A stretch of 57,208 nt of DNA, filler included, from Sphacelaria rigidula (GCA_964200075.2; 4 parts of 4 records of this genome joined end to end with filler, not necessarily neighbours in it); one strand, 5' to 3'; positions 35,633-49,406 are shown, numbered from the whole stretch's first letter. Made by a program: numbers and translations. Notes: a model not told the origin generated them from the letters alone.

Positions 35633-38311
35633 CCTGTGTGTTTACTGCAACAACTGCACGGATTTTGTTTTTTCTGGCCTTTTGTTATTTTTCGCGTGGA
35701 GGCGTCCGTTCTTGGTTGTCACCTGCACAAATGCGATTGTAGTTTCCGCGTGCACCGCTGTACCCTCATTGTTCCCCGGTGTTTTTTGGCTCGGCCGGTC
35801 ATTCACAGCCTGCTATCGTCCCCTTATGATGACAAACGAGTACCACGGGTCACGTTGCCCGCGCAACCCTCGTGTATGAGCAATCTTTCATATGCCGACC
35901 CCAGTTGCACATCAGTTCTGTGAGTTTCTAATTTGAAATGTGTTCCACACACACACAGCCAATCAGTAGCAATGCTCTATCCACCTCGCAGGTGTGCACT
36001 GTCTCCTGCGTCCGTGGATATATTTTCACGTGGGTTTTCGATATTCATACACATCGAGGAATACATCACCAACCTCAGCATGCCGAGGATGTGTCACCGT
36101 TCGTGTTTGAGGGGAGGCTCTCGGTTTCCACATACAGTACACTCGCATACGAATCTCCCGCGTTTTCCCTTTCGTCAAATCAATGCACGGGTGATTTCCA
36201 TGCAATTTCGAGAGAAGGCGCTGATGCCGTATGGAAACTCTGTACTAGATGAAACCATGATGCGCACGAAAACCATCCGAACCGGCGGCGTCGGACATCT
36301 CGAGTGCACTGCGACTCTTCACCTACCTCTATGTAGTGTACGGATGGGCGTGATATCTTTTTGAGCTGTTTGGTAGTGTACTACAGATCACCAAGCTGTC
36401 TGTCAGGACATGTACTAGGTTCACGTCCTCGACATATCGCTCAAACTCTCTTGAACTCCCCCGAGCATGAGAAATACCCCTCCAGCGAGCATGAGTAATG
36501 CAGTAGTATTATGTTTTTTCCAATCAGCTACCACTACAATATTTAATAAACGGCATCATCATAGGATCGGTATCGATCTTGATTTACGATGCTTTTCCGG
36601 AGTGAGAGCCACACGGTTGATTTTGCCAAGGTTCCAAACGCTCTTTTTTCCAACTCTACATGCCCTCATGCACACTAGACTGTCTCAAGTTCTAGTGTAG
36701 ATAAATCAGTTCTACGCGCCAGCACACCATCAGCACAACAGCTGCTTGATAGGCCGTGCACCATCCGACATTTTCGACCAAATATATTTTGGAAAACAAA
36801 ATGGCGAATGCCGGCCTTCACGACTACACTGAAATCACGGTGCTAGTCTCCGTACTTGCTAGCAGGCCCTGTGGTTTGTACAGTGACATCGATCCCCAGC
36901 CCGATGGAGCGTTTCCCTCACTCTCCGGTGGTCTCTCGTCCGCGAGAATGAACACTACCCAATCACGGCTCCCGACCATGCATCAAACTGGTGTAATCCC
37001 TTTCCACATCACGGGCTCAGCGACCCCACACGTCGAAAATGTATGCACGTTGACCGGCTCTCGCTCAGACTTGTGGTGTGGGTACAACGGTCTGATCAGT
37101 CCTGGGTGAGGAGTTTCGTCACCGCAGAGGTGTACTCTTTGGTCCTGGGGCCTCTTTCTTGTAGGAGCACAAATAGCTGTGCTTACTATGCAGCTCTAAC
37201 CATTTGGGGACTGGACTCCCAGAGACATGGTATTTGCACGTAGGGGTCTTTTCGTGGATCACCATGTTTTTCAGTCTTTTTCGCGTAAAAAACGATGTCG
37301 AATCACAGAATAGCCTTCCCAATACCCCGAGCAGCCCCGATAACCTTTTTGGCTGAAAGCGTACACCCCTACCGTTGCATCATTCTCAAGGGTCCCACTC
37401 AGACGAGATCGCGCGACACCACGCGTGAATATAGCTTTCACGGTGAATATATATTTCGTTTTATCATTGGCGTTGATCACTCCAGTGTACCACTTCATCG
37501 TTCGAGCTCTTAGCGCCCTTCTCTTCCACAGTCACCGGGGTGTGAGGTCATGTCTTCTGCGGGTACCCACATGCCGAGAGATGAGTGGTCTCCCAGTGTT
37601 TCCGTTGCTACCCTACCACTATCCACCATAGGGTACATGTTAGCCCAGACGTCTACAAGGCATCGGGCTTCGTTCTAGTTGAGCATAGTGAGTGCGCTGT
37701 ATTTCATTATCACGGGGAACCCTCACTTTCCGCCGTTCGACGGGTTGGGGGGTGGAACCCTCGCAGTAATGCGGGCGGTGCACCACGTGGTGTATCCGCC
37801 ACGAAAAACTCCTGAGACCCTCCCATTAGCAGGTGATGACGATATGCCTCAGGTATTGGATGTGCCGTTGCTGCCCTCTGTCCCCCCGTTGCCCCATAAG
37901 CCAGCACCAGTAGGGAGGTCGTTTTGGAACATGCTCAGCCACGGCACACTCTGCCTGCTGTCGGTTCATTGCCTTGCTCCCGTGCGGATCCACCACTGGC
38001 GACCTCACAGCAACGCAGACTCAGGCATGCAACAGACGACGCGTCCTCTATTTTGTCATTTTGTGGTCGGTGGTAAAGCGTCTGCCGGTACATCTGGCAA
38101 GACAGTGCCTATTCACGATACGCACGCGGATATCCCCGTTGTAGCTTTCCCATGATGATAGCTTTACCTGGATCACCCCTGTTACATGGTTACCCCACGA
38201 GTTAGCACCGGCAAAAGCGGTCGGGGCGCAACGTGTTTAGCCACGATCCACCCTACCTGCTGTCGCTTCGTAGGCTTCTTTACGTGTGGATCCGCCACTG
38301 GCGACCCTGTC

Positions 38312-38514
38312 ATGCGTGAGAGGACCGCGTGCTTAGAGGACCGCGTCGTAGTTCAAAACGCCTCAGGGTCGATATGTTTCGAGACCAATCGGGCCAGTCC
38401 CTGCAGGTACCACGCCCCTGACCATAGCCCTCACACTAACCCTAACTCTAACCCTAACCCTAGGGATGTTCAATTTACGATGCGGTCCTCTAAGCACCCG
38501 GTCCTTCCACGCAT
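38312..38514. mobile_element. MITE with about 40-bp TIRs enclosing degenerate (CCCTAA)n
   Basis: ATGCGTGAGAGGACCGCGTGCTTAGAGGACCGCGTCGTA vs TACGATGCGGTCCTCTAAGCACCCGGTCCTTCCACGCAT; CTAACCCTAACTCTAACCCTAACCCTA at 38436-38462. Confidence 0.75.
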
Positions 38515-39399
38515 TATATACCCCATCGAATGGCAGACACGCGATTGATGATTCGTGCCTTCTTTTTTTTTTCATTTAGTCCTTGGCAGTTATAGACCCC
38601 TCCTGGGCTCAGAACAAGGTCACAAGACTGCTCCAAGAGCTTCCTCCCTCACTAGGGCTTGAAATCTTCAAGACCGATGTCGTTCACAAACACACAGTCT
38701 TCGTTATCGGAAGTACCCTGCTGCACCTTCTTGGGCACATATAATGCCAAGCAGTCATAATCAAACTCCAGAAGACATCTCATGGCCTATTATGATTGGG
38801 CAAAATTCATATCCAAACCTCCATGCATCAACCTCCAGCTCTGCGCCTGCACGTGTAATAGAGGTAGACTACTCCACAGCACCCCCAAAACTCCGCACTA
38901 CTCGGTTTAGAAAGCGAGTCTGACAGACAGTGGACACCGATAATCACGTTCATGCTACCTTTGTTCGCCTGTCCGTGACACACGACCATGCAATGTCATG
39001 TTCCACAAGCACAATCCTGAACATCGACACTCAAAAACAGCGTCTCAATCGAATTCAGTGAAGTCAATACTTCGATAAATGGTAATTTCCAGTCATAGCA
39101 TACTCTCACAACGCAAACGGGTCAAGGGCAATACCATTTCAAACCGTAGCATTCGATCATATCACGCACCCAAAGCTTGAAATCCTACTTTGCCTACAAA
39201 CGTGCCCGCACCTTTTGACTCAGTCCCCACTGACACAGCTCAGAACAAATACGTGATGCTCCATCCAGACGAATGAGCACACCATCCATGTCCTTATCCA
39301 AACACATAGAGGAGCCATCAAAAGACTTTCCACAGTCAGAACTCACTGTATTCGCGCTTGATTTTTTAATCTTCAACCTCTGGAAACACTCGCGCTCTA

Positions 39400-41990
39400 C
39401 CTCCGGAATGACACAATTTCGCGCCACCCGCTTGGTCCTACGCGACGCCCCTGCCATCAGTTGTTCTAAAAACGCACGAAGCGGCGCTACTACTTCTGTC
39501 ATGCGAGGTAGCGAAGTTCGCAACCAATTGATCGCCTGCAGAAACTGCATCAGCTCACTTGCATTTTGAGGACGTCGCATTGTACTCAGCCCTTGAATGC
39601 GTACAGGATCATGGGACACAGTTCCGTGCGAGTACACCTCGCCACACCAAACTATTTCTCGAGAAAAAAACGTGCACTTGTGAGCTGCGACGAACAGACC
39701 AACACTTGCCAAACGTCCAAAAACCTCGTCTAACAACGTCAGCAACACTTCTTCTGAATCGGCAAAATAAAAAACATCATCGACCCACACTTTGCAGTCC
39801 AATCCTTGCAAAAGATCAGTCATCACACCTTCAAAATAGGATGTAGCATTCGGCACACCCTGAGGAACACGAGTTGGCGTAAACAGACCTTCTGGTGTGA
39901 CGATCGTGAAGAACGCTTGTGCGTCTGGTGCCAGAGGCATTTACCAATACCCCTGGAGAAACTCCAATTTGCCAAAGCATTGCGCTCCCAGTAACTCCCG
40001 CATGTCCTCCTGACTCGGCACTACCCCCGGAGACTGCTCTATCTGCGCGTTCACCGCTTGGTAGTCACTGACTAAACGAAAAGTATCTCTCTTCGGCACC
40101 GCCATCGCTGGATTCGCCCACACCGCTTGTATGTTCCTCACCACCAAACCAAACGCCACCAACGCCGCTATGCATGCAGCCGGCCACCCGGTTTTCACCG
40201 GATCGTATCGCCTTGGCTTGGCCTTTACAGCCTTCGCCTGCGGCTTGAGTTGCACGTGCATCGGCTCTACGCGCGCTGGCAGATCACCGCACAGCGCACG
40301 TTGAAATGTATCTACGCGATGAGACAAAATATCGCGCAGACGATAAGCGCCCTCGGCGCTCAGGCCGTGCTGTTCGGCCTGTTGCACGCTATCTGCCAGC
40401 GCGCGATCTCTCCCCTCCTTCTCTTCTGCAGGGTCCAGAAACATGTCCGGGCGCGCTGGCGGATCACCGCACAGCGCACGGCGAAATGTACCTACGCGAC
40501 GAGACAAAATATCGCGCAGACGAAAAGCGCCCTCGGCGCTTCGGCCGTGCTGTTCGGCCTGTCGCACGCTATCTGCCAGCGCGCGATCTCTCCCCTCCTT
40601 CTCTTCTACAGGGTCCAGAAACATGTCCGTGCCCCGGTCCACCAATCGCCCCACTACTTCATCCGCAGGAGTTTCCTTCACACACTCAGTTTGAAACGCA
40701 TCGACAGAGATGGTCACCCGCCTAGCCGCTAGATAACTAGAGTTTTTGACGTCCATCTGAACCGGCACGGCATGGGGGCGTAACTTCTCAAATGCCAGAG
40801 GATACAAATCAATGCCGATCTGCTTCATCGTTGCCATGCCGAAGAGAATGACATCATCCCTGCCGGGCATAATAGCGAAGGTGATGAATGGAATCTGCAC
40901 AGCCACGGCGTGCGTACACTTACGGAGATTGGGGCCGTCTTGTGTGTTACCGTCACGGGCTCTTCCGTAGCGGTGTGAGCGGTTTGGGGACCGTTCTGGA
41001 ACGGCAACTGTAATTGGCCGTTGTCGTAGAGCGAAGACAACTTGGCCAGCACACCCACGCTGATAGACGTAAGCGTGGACCCAGAATCCAGAATAACCCG
41101 TGCCATTAATGATCCTACAGTACCTGGCAAAGAAAGGTCAGCACGGAGGCATTGTGCAGTGCGATCGACAGGCACTACACCTGTCGGGGAGAAACCTTGA
41201 TTATTGGCTACAGTCACCTGTCGCCAAGGTTGCGCTCCAGAAAGTGGCATCGTCGACACCGAGTCGGCGTTCCACCCCGACCAAGATTCCGTATATGTAG
41301 ACGGCGCCGTTGCCGCCGTCGCAGTAGCGGGAGCGATACCAGACACGGATCCTGCCTGGCCGGTGGTTTGCGAACTGTCCGCTCCAGCACCACCCATCGA
41401 AGTACTACTCCCTCCTACATGAACTGCCCGCCCCAGCATGGGCGGGCCAGAAGAGGCTGAGGCAGGTTCTGAAGATGCAGCCAGTCGAAGATATTGTAGT
41501 GGAGGATTTGCCATCCGTCGCCTCTCGATTGCTGCCGCGGCTACCGCACCCGCGTCCACCATGCCCTCTACCTCTTCCTCCATGACGACCGCCGCTGGAT
41601 CCTGACTGATATTGCGGACGAGTTTGATAAGCACCCTTGGAGCGAGGCTTGGGACAATCCTTTAAAAGATATCCATGGTCGCCACAGTTACAGTACGCGG
41701 GATTAGATGTCCCTCGCGCAGACGACTGCTGCTGATGTTGTTTGCGGCGAGATCCACCCGTATTTGCCCCACCATCACGGCGTTCTACAGATTCTACAAG
41801 TTTCCACTTGTCAGCAGCATCAAATATCGTCTTCATCACTAAAGTCGGGTTTCGTTTCCAACCCTCCTCGTACATCAAGAGAGTCTTGACATGAGGCTTA
41901 AACGCCGGAGGCGCAATGCTGTCCACCATGGCAGTGGAAACTGACTCTGCCGGACCTGGCCGCCAGCTTCTGTATTGTGCCCTGTACATG
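39400..41990 (-). mobile_element. Degenerate Ty3/Gypsy gag-PR-RT, related to the 28657-31790 family
   Basis: Knuckle CNCGDHGYLLKDC; VILDSGS protease; RT motifs FRLVSDY, LQGYW*, PTRVPQG, VWVDD, KCTF; shares PARVEPM.VQ..P...KPRRYDPVK with the other copy; RNase H and IN absent. Confidence 0.9.
40271..40629 (-). repeat. In-frame 180-bp tandem duplication in Gypsy pol
   Basis: 40271-40449 vs 40451-40629; peptide DMFLDP.EEKEGRDRALADSV.QAEQHG.SAEGA.RLRDILS appears twice. Confidence 0.95.
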
Positions 41991-42039
41991 GCTTCGACCG
42001 ACAAATGTTTTGAAAAAATACTGGTCCAAATACCACAAC

Positions 42040-42300
42040 AGACGCAAAATACCACGTCACCGAAACACCACAGTTTGGGGTGTAATTAAATATTTCATAT
42101 ATTGTTTCGCTCGGATTCTTCGGCTCATGGCGGTCATTGCTATTTGGAGCACGTTGAGATTGGGTAGAAATTGCGTCAAGACTTTGTTTTCGTATTTCAG
42201 AACGAGTTAAGGCCTCCGATCGGCGAAGATACGTCTTGGCTCTTATCGCCCCCACTGTGGCCTAAAACAAACATCTAGCTATGTTAACCTCTTCGGGTGT
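42040..42300. repeat. Fragment related to the 25326-26819 family
   Basis: CCACGTCACCGAAACA.CAC shared with about 26451; GGTAGAAATT and GCCTAA.ACAAA collinear. Confidence 0.6.
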
Positions 42301-42883
42301 CCATGGTGGTCATTGATTGGTGGATTGATCGATTGATTGTCGCACATTCACTGACCCCCCAGAGATTCATCCGTGGTCACACGATAGACGTGCCCACGAC
42401 AGATCAATACGGACACACTCGCTGACGAAAAAAGGGAACGAACAGAATAGGTAGTACAGAACAACCCAGTAGACTGAGGCATAGAAAAAATGAAAAGCAA
42501 ACAAGAGAAGAGAAGAGAAAAGAAATTGTCACTTGACTTCGGCGAAAACGATATTCCGCTGAATCGCACTCATACCCAGTCGTACAAATCAAAAGGCTGT
42601 GGAAACGAAACCTTTTGCGGAATTTTTACTACGATCCCTTTTTTTTGGGGTACGAGCCCTCTCATCCATGGATGAACACCATGAAGTGAGCTACCACACT
42701 GCTATGACATACAATGGCAGGAAAGAACACACACAAAGAGAAACATGGGGGAAAGGAGAACAGGGAAGGAGACTGCAGAGGCGGTGAAGCCCGAAGAATT
42801 CAGAGCAGCACAGCAAACAGCCAATCATCTATGCTGAGGATGGTGCTTTTGATTGAGGATGAGAACCCGGAGGATTAAAATCT

Positions 42884-42983
42884 NNNNNNNNNNNNNNNNN
42901 NNNNNNNNNNNNNNNNNNNNNNNNNNNTTAATTAATTAANNNNNNNNNNNNNNNNNNNNNNNNNNNNNNNNNNNNNNNNNNNN
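42884..42983. other. Artificial contig spacer
   Basis: Identical 100-nt linker. Confidence 0.97.
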
Positions 42984-43143
42984 TGATCTGCTTACTGAGA
43001 AAAGAATGTTCATGGGTTGCCCCCCCCCCCCCCTCTCTCTCCGTCGCCTTCCCATTGGGTGTGAGACTCGTTCTTTCATTTGATATTAATGCCGTACTTG
43101 TTGCTTTTTGCGTGTTTGCATGTAAATTTGTGACACCCCTCAG

Positions 43144-43222
43144 CCGAGTCGACATTGCGCCTGATGGAGACACAATGCATCGGTTCATCGACTTGGTTTG
43201 TCACACGGAGGGGCTCAACGAG
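43144..43222 (+). CDS. Putative exon of an unidentified gene
   Basis: ccctcag| ... AACGAG|gtgagt strong splice signals; two open frames (RVDIAPDGDTMHRFIDLVCHTEGLNE or ESTLRLMETQCIG...). Confidence 0.45.
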
Positions 43223-45039
43223 GTGAGTCTGTTGTTGAAGTTGAAGTTGTGTTGACCCTTCGTGCAGCAGCGACGAAGCAGCATTCCTTGCTGCGGTTGG
43301 AGGCAAACATGTGCGCTGGAAAGAAACCCGGGATCGGTCTCTCAAAGGTAATGTACGTATATTCTTCCTCTTTCCCATGTTTCTCCTTGGTTTTGGGGTC
43401 GTTCAGGTTTAACAGTCGCAGTGGCGATGCTGTGGTCGGTTTTTATAAAAGATACAACGCAGACGATGCTAGTCCAAAGAAAAAAAGGGGAACATTTTTT
43501 CCTTTTTCTTGTGTTCCAGAAGACGAGTCAAGAGTTATCCAATTTTGCCTGTTTCGAGAAATGTGCTGAGAATTGTTGAGAGATTTTTTTGGGAGAATTC
43601 TCACAAGACTTTCCAATTTAGCTCCACTCGTTCATCAAAACCACGATGAAGATCCCTTATACCTCCCCATGTCGTCGACCGGGCGCCGAGCTATCATCGG
43701 GCAGTCGCTACGCAGTGTCGAGGGAGATGGCGATGGCTATTCCGCCAAGTACGTTGAGGGTCCGAAAAGGGGTAAAATACGGATTCTTTCGTGGTCGCTT
43801 GGCCGCATCGGGGCAAGCGGCAACCGTTGAAAATTGTATGGACTTCAACTGAGGAGAATCCGAAGAATGCAATAATAAAAGAACGCGTGAAATAATCGGA
43901 CACCGTCAAGGGCCTGTACAAACATAACCAGGCAGAGTTACGGAACAGGGTGAGGATAGATCTTGGTGTTTCACCTACAGTACGTGACCACAACGCTCTA
44001 CTGGCACGCGCAGATGATCTCCTTATACGGCGTTGCCTTTGCTGTGACGCAAACCCCATACCTCCCTCCCCCCTGCCCTCCTGCTCGTTGAACGCGCGTA
44101 GGAGACTGTCGACGCTGCGGTGGCGCGAATGAAGGATGACTATGGGATGGAGATGACAAACGCCATGATGGACATGGTGGCACGGTAAGTTGACGATCCC
44201 GTCTGATTGCTCGCACCCCCATTATTAGGCATGCGTTTTAGTCGTCCGTCGTATCCCAGAATCTGAACTCAAGCTCATGTCTGAGCATAGATATCGCAGC
44301 TTTTCGTGACCACAAAATTATAAAGAATATTTTTTAGCGAAATCACTTTCTCTTCTGCCCCTTTCCCCTCCACTAAAATCGTCTTTAGCTTCGATTTTCG
44401 TCATATTCGCCAATTGAGAGGAAGGTAGACTTCCCCTCCAAACCCTCCCCGTCTCTGCTGTTGTGTTCTGTATTGCACGGTACAATCCGCCGCTTCTCCA
44501 TCACGGCGATCAAAGTGGCATCACACGTGTCGACGCTGGTGTGGGTGGAACCGCGTGGTTTCAATTTTCAACAGTAGTTGTGAATTTCCCTCTCTTCCCC
44601 CCACCCCTTTTTAATCCTTTGATCGTCGTTAGCTTGGATTCTTCGTCAGTTTCCCTTGTAGACAAACGCGAAAACGAGAGTTAACAATTAGATATACAGA
44701 GTACATCAGTGCGATGTATCTAGACGGGTTGCGCGAGCGGTGATTCAATGCTCGATGGGGAAGTGCAAGTTAGGTACCAGGGGGTTTGCGGAGGGGTGGG
44801 GGGTGGGGGGGAGGGGCGCGTACTCATTTGTTGCTTGCCTTGGTCGTTTGGCCATTTGCCGCGCATCCCTTTCGAGACGGAGCATCGTTCCTACTCCTCA
44901 TAGACACACCAGGAGGTAAAGCGAGGGGATGGAGGGGGCGTACTCATTCGTTGCTTGCCTTTTTTTGTTTGACCATTGACCACGCATACCTTCCGAGACG
45001 GAGCACCGTCCTTATTCTTGTAAGATATACCTCCAACAT

Positions 45040-48000
45040 TCAGGTGCTCACTACGTTCTTTCATACACTGCACAAGAACCGTGTGCATATCTTATCTCCG
45101 TCCTGTTTCGCCGTCCGTGGCCACCATCTATCTCCTAGTACAGCCATCGTTTTCTCCCTACTGTCTAGTGCATCAAACAATTTCATGCCACCTTTGTTCA
45201 CGTTCCGCACACGTCCTGTTCTTCATGGTATAGTTTGCATTGTCCCACAATATGAGTTACGTTCTCTATTGCTTCGCCACAGGGGCAATTCTGCGCATCT
45301 ACTCCCTCCGCCACTCGACTACTGGTTTATCTCTTCATTCTTTTGGCAGGTCCACGTTCCTCACCCGAAATCACGGTTTCACTTTTATCGCCGCTTCCAT
45401 GGGGCCATGCAGATATGTTTTCACCCCTATCCCCTCTCTTAACCTCCCGTATATTTTGAGGTCCTCTCCCAACACCCCGTATATCTTCAGGTGTTCTTCC
45501 TCGTCTACTTTGCGTCTGAGCGCTTTTTTCCCCCTTGTTCCTGTCATGTCCCTTACTTTTGTCTTGTACCCCGCGCCTCCACCTATGGACAGTATTTCGT
45601 CTTGACTTTTCTATCCCACTTTATTCCAGCCCGCTCTCCCGTATCTATATCTCATACAACAGTATCAACTGGAGCTGACATTCTCTTTCTCTGCATGTTT
45701 CTTACGCTATATTGAGATGGCAATTTCCTCATGTCTGTTTACCTCGTCGATTTCGAACATCCAAGCATTTTCTTAGGTGCTGCCATCTGTACTGTTTCCA
45801 ACTTCTTCACCAACTTCACGTTTCCCTCCCACACTTCTCCTGCATATTCCAGCTTTGGTGCAATCACGTGCATCGATATACATATCTTCATCCTAGTGTC
45901 TATATGCAAGTCTCTGAGTCCAGCCATCCTTCCTATCTGTGCCTTAACCTTTTCTGCTATTTTATTTATGTGTGCATCCTGAGAACAGTTTTGAAGATCT
46001 CTACGTCAAGGTATGTATATTGATCTACGATCGAAAGTTCTTCTTCTCCCCTCTTCCATTCAAACTCTACCGTATTTTTCCTATCTTCGTCACAGATAAG
46101 TACAGCGCATTTTATAACGTTTGCTGCGACTCTCCATTTCCTAGTTGTATTCTAGCGCCTTGTCTACAGGCTTGTTCACGCAAAATACCCAATAATCTGT
46201 CATCGATAAATGCCTTCTGCAATACGCACCATACTGACCGCAATGGATAGACGAAGAGGGTGACATAGCTGGATTTTTGTTCAAGACTAAAGCGGTGGCA
46301 CTATGGACAAAAATATGTCTCGACCAATCAATGCATTTCAAATTGATCTGAAATTGAAAACATAAATTCCAAGCCCAATTTCCACCGAATCCCCACATGC
46401 TTCAAATCGCAGTGACCTTCATAAGCTCAGGAATATATGGTTCCAACGGGGTCAAATTATACCCGAGACCGTAATGTTTCGGTGATGTGGAGTTTTGGCG
46501 TCGTCTAATTTCCACTCATAATACGTACAGAAGACTCAAAGAGCCTCGTGACGATTTCCCTTTTATCTGATGTAGAAAGCTCAGATCATCCTCGAACTTG
46601 GCAGTTGCATAGGTATTGATGCTCCAAATGTGAAATTGTGTTCCTCGCAAGATTTCAAAGTTTGCCCGTCCTCTACCGACTTCCGGGGGTCCCAGGGCAA
46701 AGACCCCCGGAAGGCGGTACAGAATGACTCAAACGAAACAAGAAAAATATGATGCGTCCCGGGATGGTTCAAGGAACACATGCACGAAGTTTGATGGAGA
46801 CACTCGAAAATTCATGCAGTTTTTCTTGCCTTGACGTGGCCCATAGAACATTTGTGCAAAACTTCGCGTTCTAACGCCTGAAAACGGCGTTAAGTTTTGC
46901 CGATGAGTGTTTTTTGGGTCTTTTTCCGTGAACCAGCCTGTATCTGTTTCTGTAGTACTTCTGGTGTTCCTGAAATCCCCACAAAATTATCCGCGAACAT
47001 CAATCATGATTCCATATCTTCACCCACCTTGACTCCTTGATTTGCTGCTTCTATTGCTATTATCAAGTCATTAATAAATACCAGTAATAAATACCTTGAA
47101 CGAAGTGGATGATGACGTACATCCTTGTGCAACTCCTGGTGAAATATCAAACTATTTCGATATTTCCCCGTCTAGCATCATGGCGCTTTTGACAAATTCT
47201 GTCACCTTTTTCACAAGTCCCCACATCTTTCCTCTGATCCCAGCTTTCCACACTATTTCCACAACCCATTTCTCCATACTGTGACATAAGCCTCTTGTAC
47301 GTCCAGAAAGACACAGTACGTCATCAGCTCGGCGTCTTTCCTACCCTGGATAATTCACCTAATATGTACACATGGTCTACCCAGCTACGGTCTGATGTAA
47401 AACCTGCTTGCCCGTCGCAGATTTATCTTCCTTTTCTAGCATCTTTCCTCCTCTATCGTTCAGAATCTTTCGGGATGTTTTCCCTACGATGCTCTGTAGC
47501 GTTATCCCTCCATGATTTTTGGGTCAGCCTCGTACACTTTTTTTTAAAGGTTGACGACTAGTCCTTCTCCCCACCTCTTGGGTGTGTACTCGATTTCCCA
47601 GATCCAGTTATACAGCATAAGCATTATGGTAATCATTCCCTCTCCCCCGTACTTGAGCAATTCATTTCACCATTCCGTCTGCCCCTGCTGCCTTCCTGTT
47701 CTTGAGTTTAGCTACACATTCCTCAACTTTAACTCTGATATATTCTCTCTACAATTCTTCGGAGCCTCTATCCTCCCGTTCTGACGCCTTTACATTCACC
47801 TCTGCCCACGCGTAGATTTATTTTCGAATCCCGTGTCGAACTTCGTGTTGCTTTTTGCTTCTAGTTTACGGTAGTGCTCGACTAGCACTTCTCTTTCCCC
47901 CTTCGAACTGTGCCCGTAGTGTGGTCATCCCCTTGTCTGTCTTTCCCTCCTAGTTTCCGTCATCCGTTTTATCCCCACCCACATTTGTCTCATCCACTTA

Positions 48001-48215
48001 TCAAGACCTTCATTTGTTTCATTCACTACATCTTCCCATACTTTCTTCTTTTTCTACTGTACCATCTTCTTTACTTCTTCGTTACTTCCTTCCGAGCTTT
48101 AGTATACTCCTCCCATCCTCCCGTAGTTTTACTCGATATGCATCTTGCGTGGGCCTCTCTTCTTACTCATATAGCCTCTTTTACTTCCTCATCCCACCAT
48201 TTCACTGCTCTGGGG
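45040..48215 (-). mobile_element. 5'-truncated, degenerate non-LTR retrotransposon (LINE; RTE/RTEX/L2-like)
   Basis: KWWDEE (about 48185-48203); FLDVQEAY, GVAQGC, LMFADNFVG RT motifs; PKLEYAGEVW; C-terminal CPCG..E...H....C knuckle at about 45235-45290; no endonuclease domain seen. Confidence 0.88.
46167..46940. mobile_element. Non-autonomous Tc1/mariner-type element (774 bp) inserted in the LINE RT
   Basis: TA|CAGGCTTGTTCACG...CGTGAACCAGCCTG|TA; removing it and one TA restores LQKQIDKALEY. Confidence 0.9.
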
Positions 48216-48559
48216 AAGGGGGAGGGGGAGGAGAGTCTTGGTTTTATTGCTTGAGACCGGAGGCACGCCCCAAGACAATGGAAGGGTTTGAAAGTACGAC
48301 GACGATAGTAACTTGTCAGACGATTGGAATATTCTGGTTACCGTCACTTCCGCGAGTGGATCTCTTGTGCGCAGTGCAAGACGCCGTTCGTTTGTGGTTG
48401 TGGTTGGGGATACGGGTGCACCATTTGATTGTGCGTCTATGTAGAGCTTTTCTCTCACCTGCCGCAGCTACACGATGACGAAAAAGCACAAAACTGCGTC
48501 TGTCTTCGCCTGCGTCCCTATATCTTAACCCCTCCTCACCTCTCCCAATCTCCCGTTAG

Positions 48560-49183
48560 CCTGGTCCGGCGAGAACCCGGCGTGCTCCATCCCGGCTTTG
48601 TAGGGATGCGAGGTCAATGGTCATATGAGTATGGAATGCAAGATCATAAGTACCCCCCGCCTCTCTCCCCCTCCGACGGGGTTGGCGTCGGTTGGCAACG
48701 ACGCTGTTGAACACGCCACTCACTGAGAAAGCTAGGCAACCAGGTTGCCGACTTTTTCGCGCGCTTGCGTTTTTTTTGCGGTAACCATGATGGTGGTCGA
48801 GCTAGATCATATTGTGCGGGGTGGGGGAATCCCAATTCTGCGCAAAGGAGATGATAATACTACGTAATGTTCAAATAGTGATACACCCATGAGGCAGTGC
48901 ACAAGCCGCAGCTGTCTCTGGGAGTGGCGATACCAGAAAATGAAGCAACTCATTGGAGGTTGTCATCCAAATGCAAGGTAATCAGTTCGCTTCGAGCCGA
49001 ACAATCTTAAAAGGATGCAACACACCCTTTTTGCGATTCGCCGAAGACACAATGGCGCTTCGCGCTTGGTGATTGAGTGCGAACCTGGTCCAGCGAAAAC
49101 CCGGTGCGCCCCGTCCCGGCTTTGTAGGGGTGAGGGGCCAATGGCCAAATGACTATTGAAGGCAAGATCATGAGTACGCCCGC
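48560..49183. repeat. Repeat family B, tandem partial copies
   Basis: Ends GATCATAAGTACCCCCC (about 48642-48658) and GATCATGAGTACGCCC (about 49166-49181); homologous to 1-447. Confidence 0.82.
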
Positions 49184-49406
49184 CCAATATTGTTCAGCCT
49201 CTATCCTCAACGTTTTCCATCTGTGGCAATTGCACATGAATGTCGCCCGTCGATGAAAATACGCACCCACAGGAAGGCATATTTTTATACCCGAGCATGT
49301 TTCCGTTTTCTTATTTCTTCCCCTGTTATTTCTTGTTATTTTGTTATGGAAAACCTTGGCTGTGCCGTTTGGTTGAACCGCAAACTCTCGCTACGGACAC
49401 GGGCAG

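Noticed and set aside
36750..38160. Coding-like decayed segment (KWYTGVI...; RKDPYVQ)
   Set aside because: Multiple stops and no family recognised; cannot be assigned.
38416..38464. True telomere
   Set aside because: Short, degenerate, internal and enclosed by TIRs.
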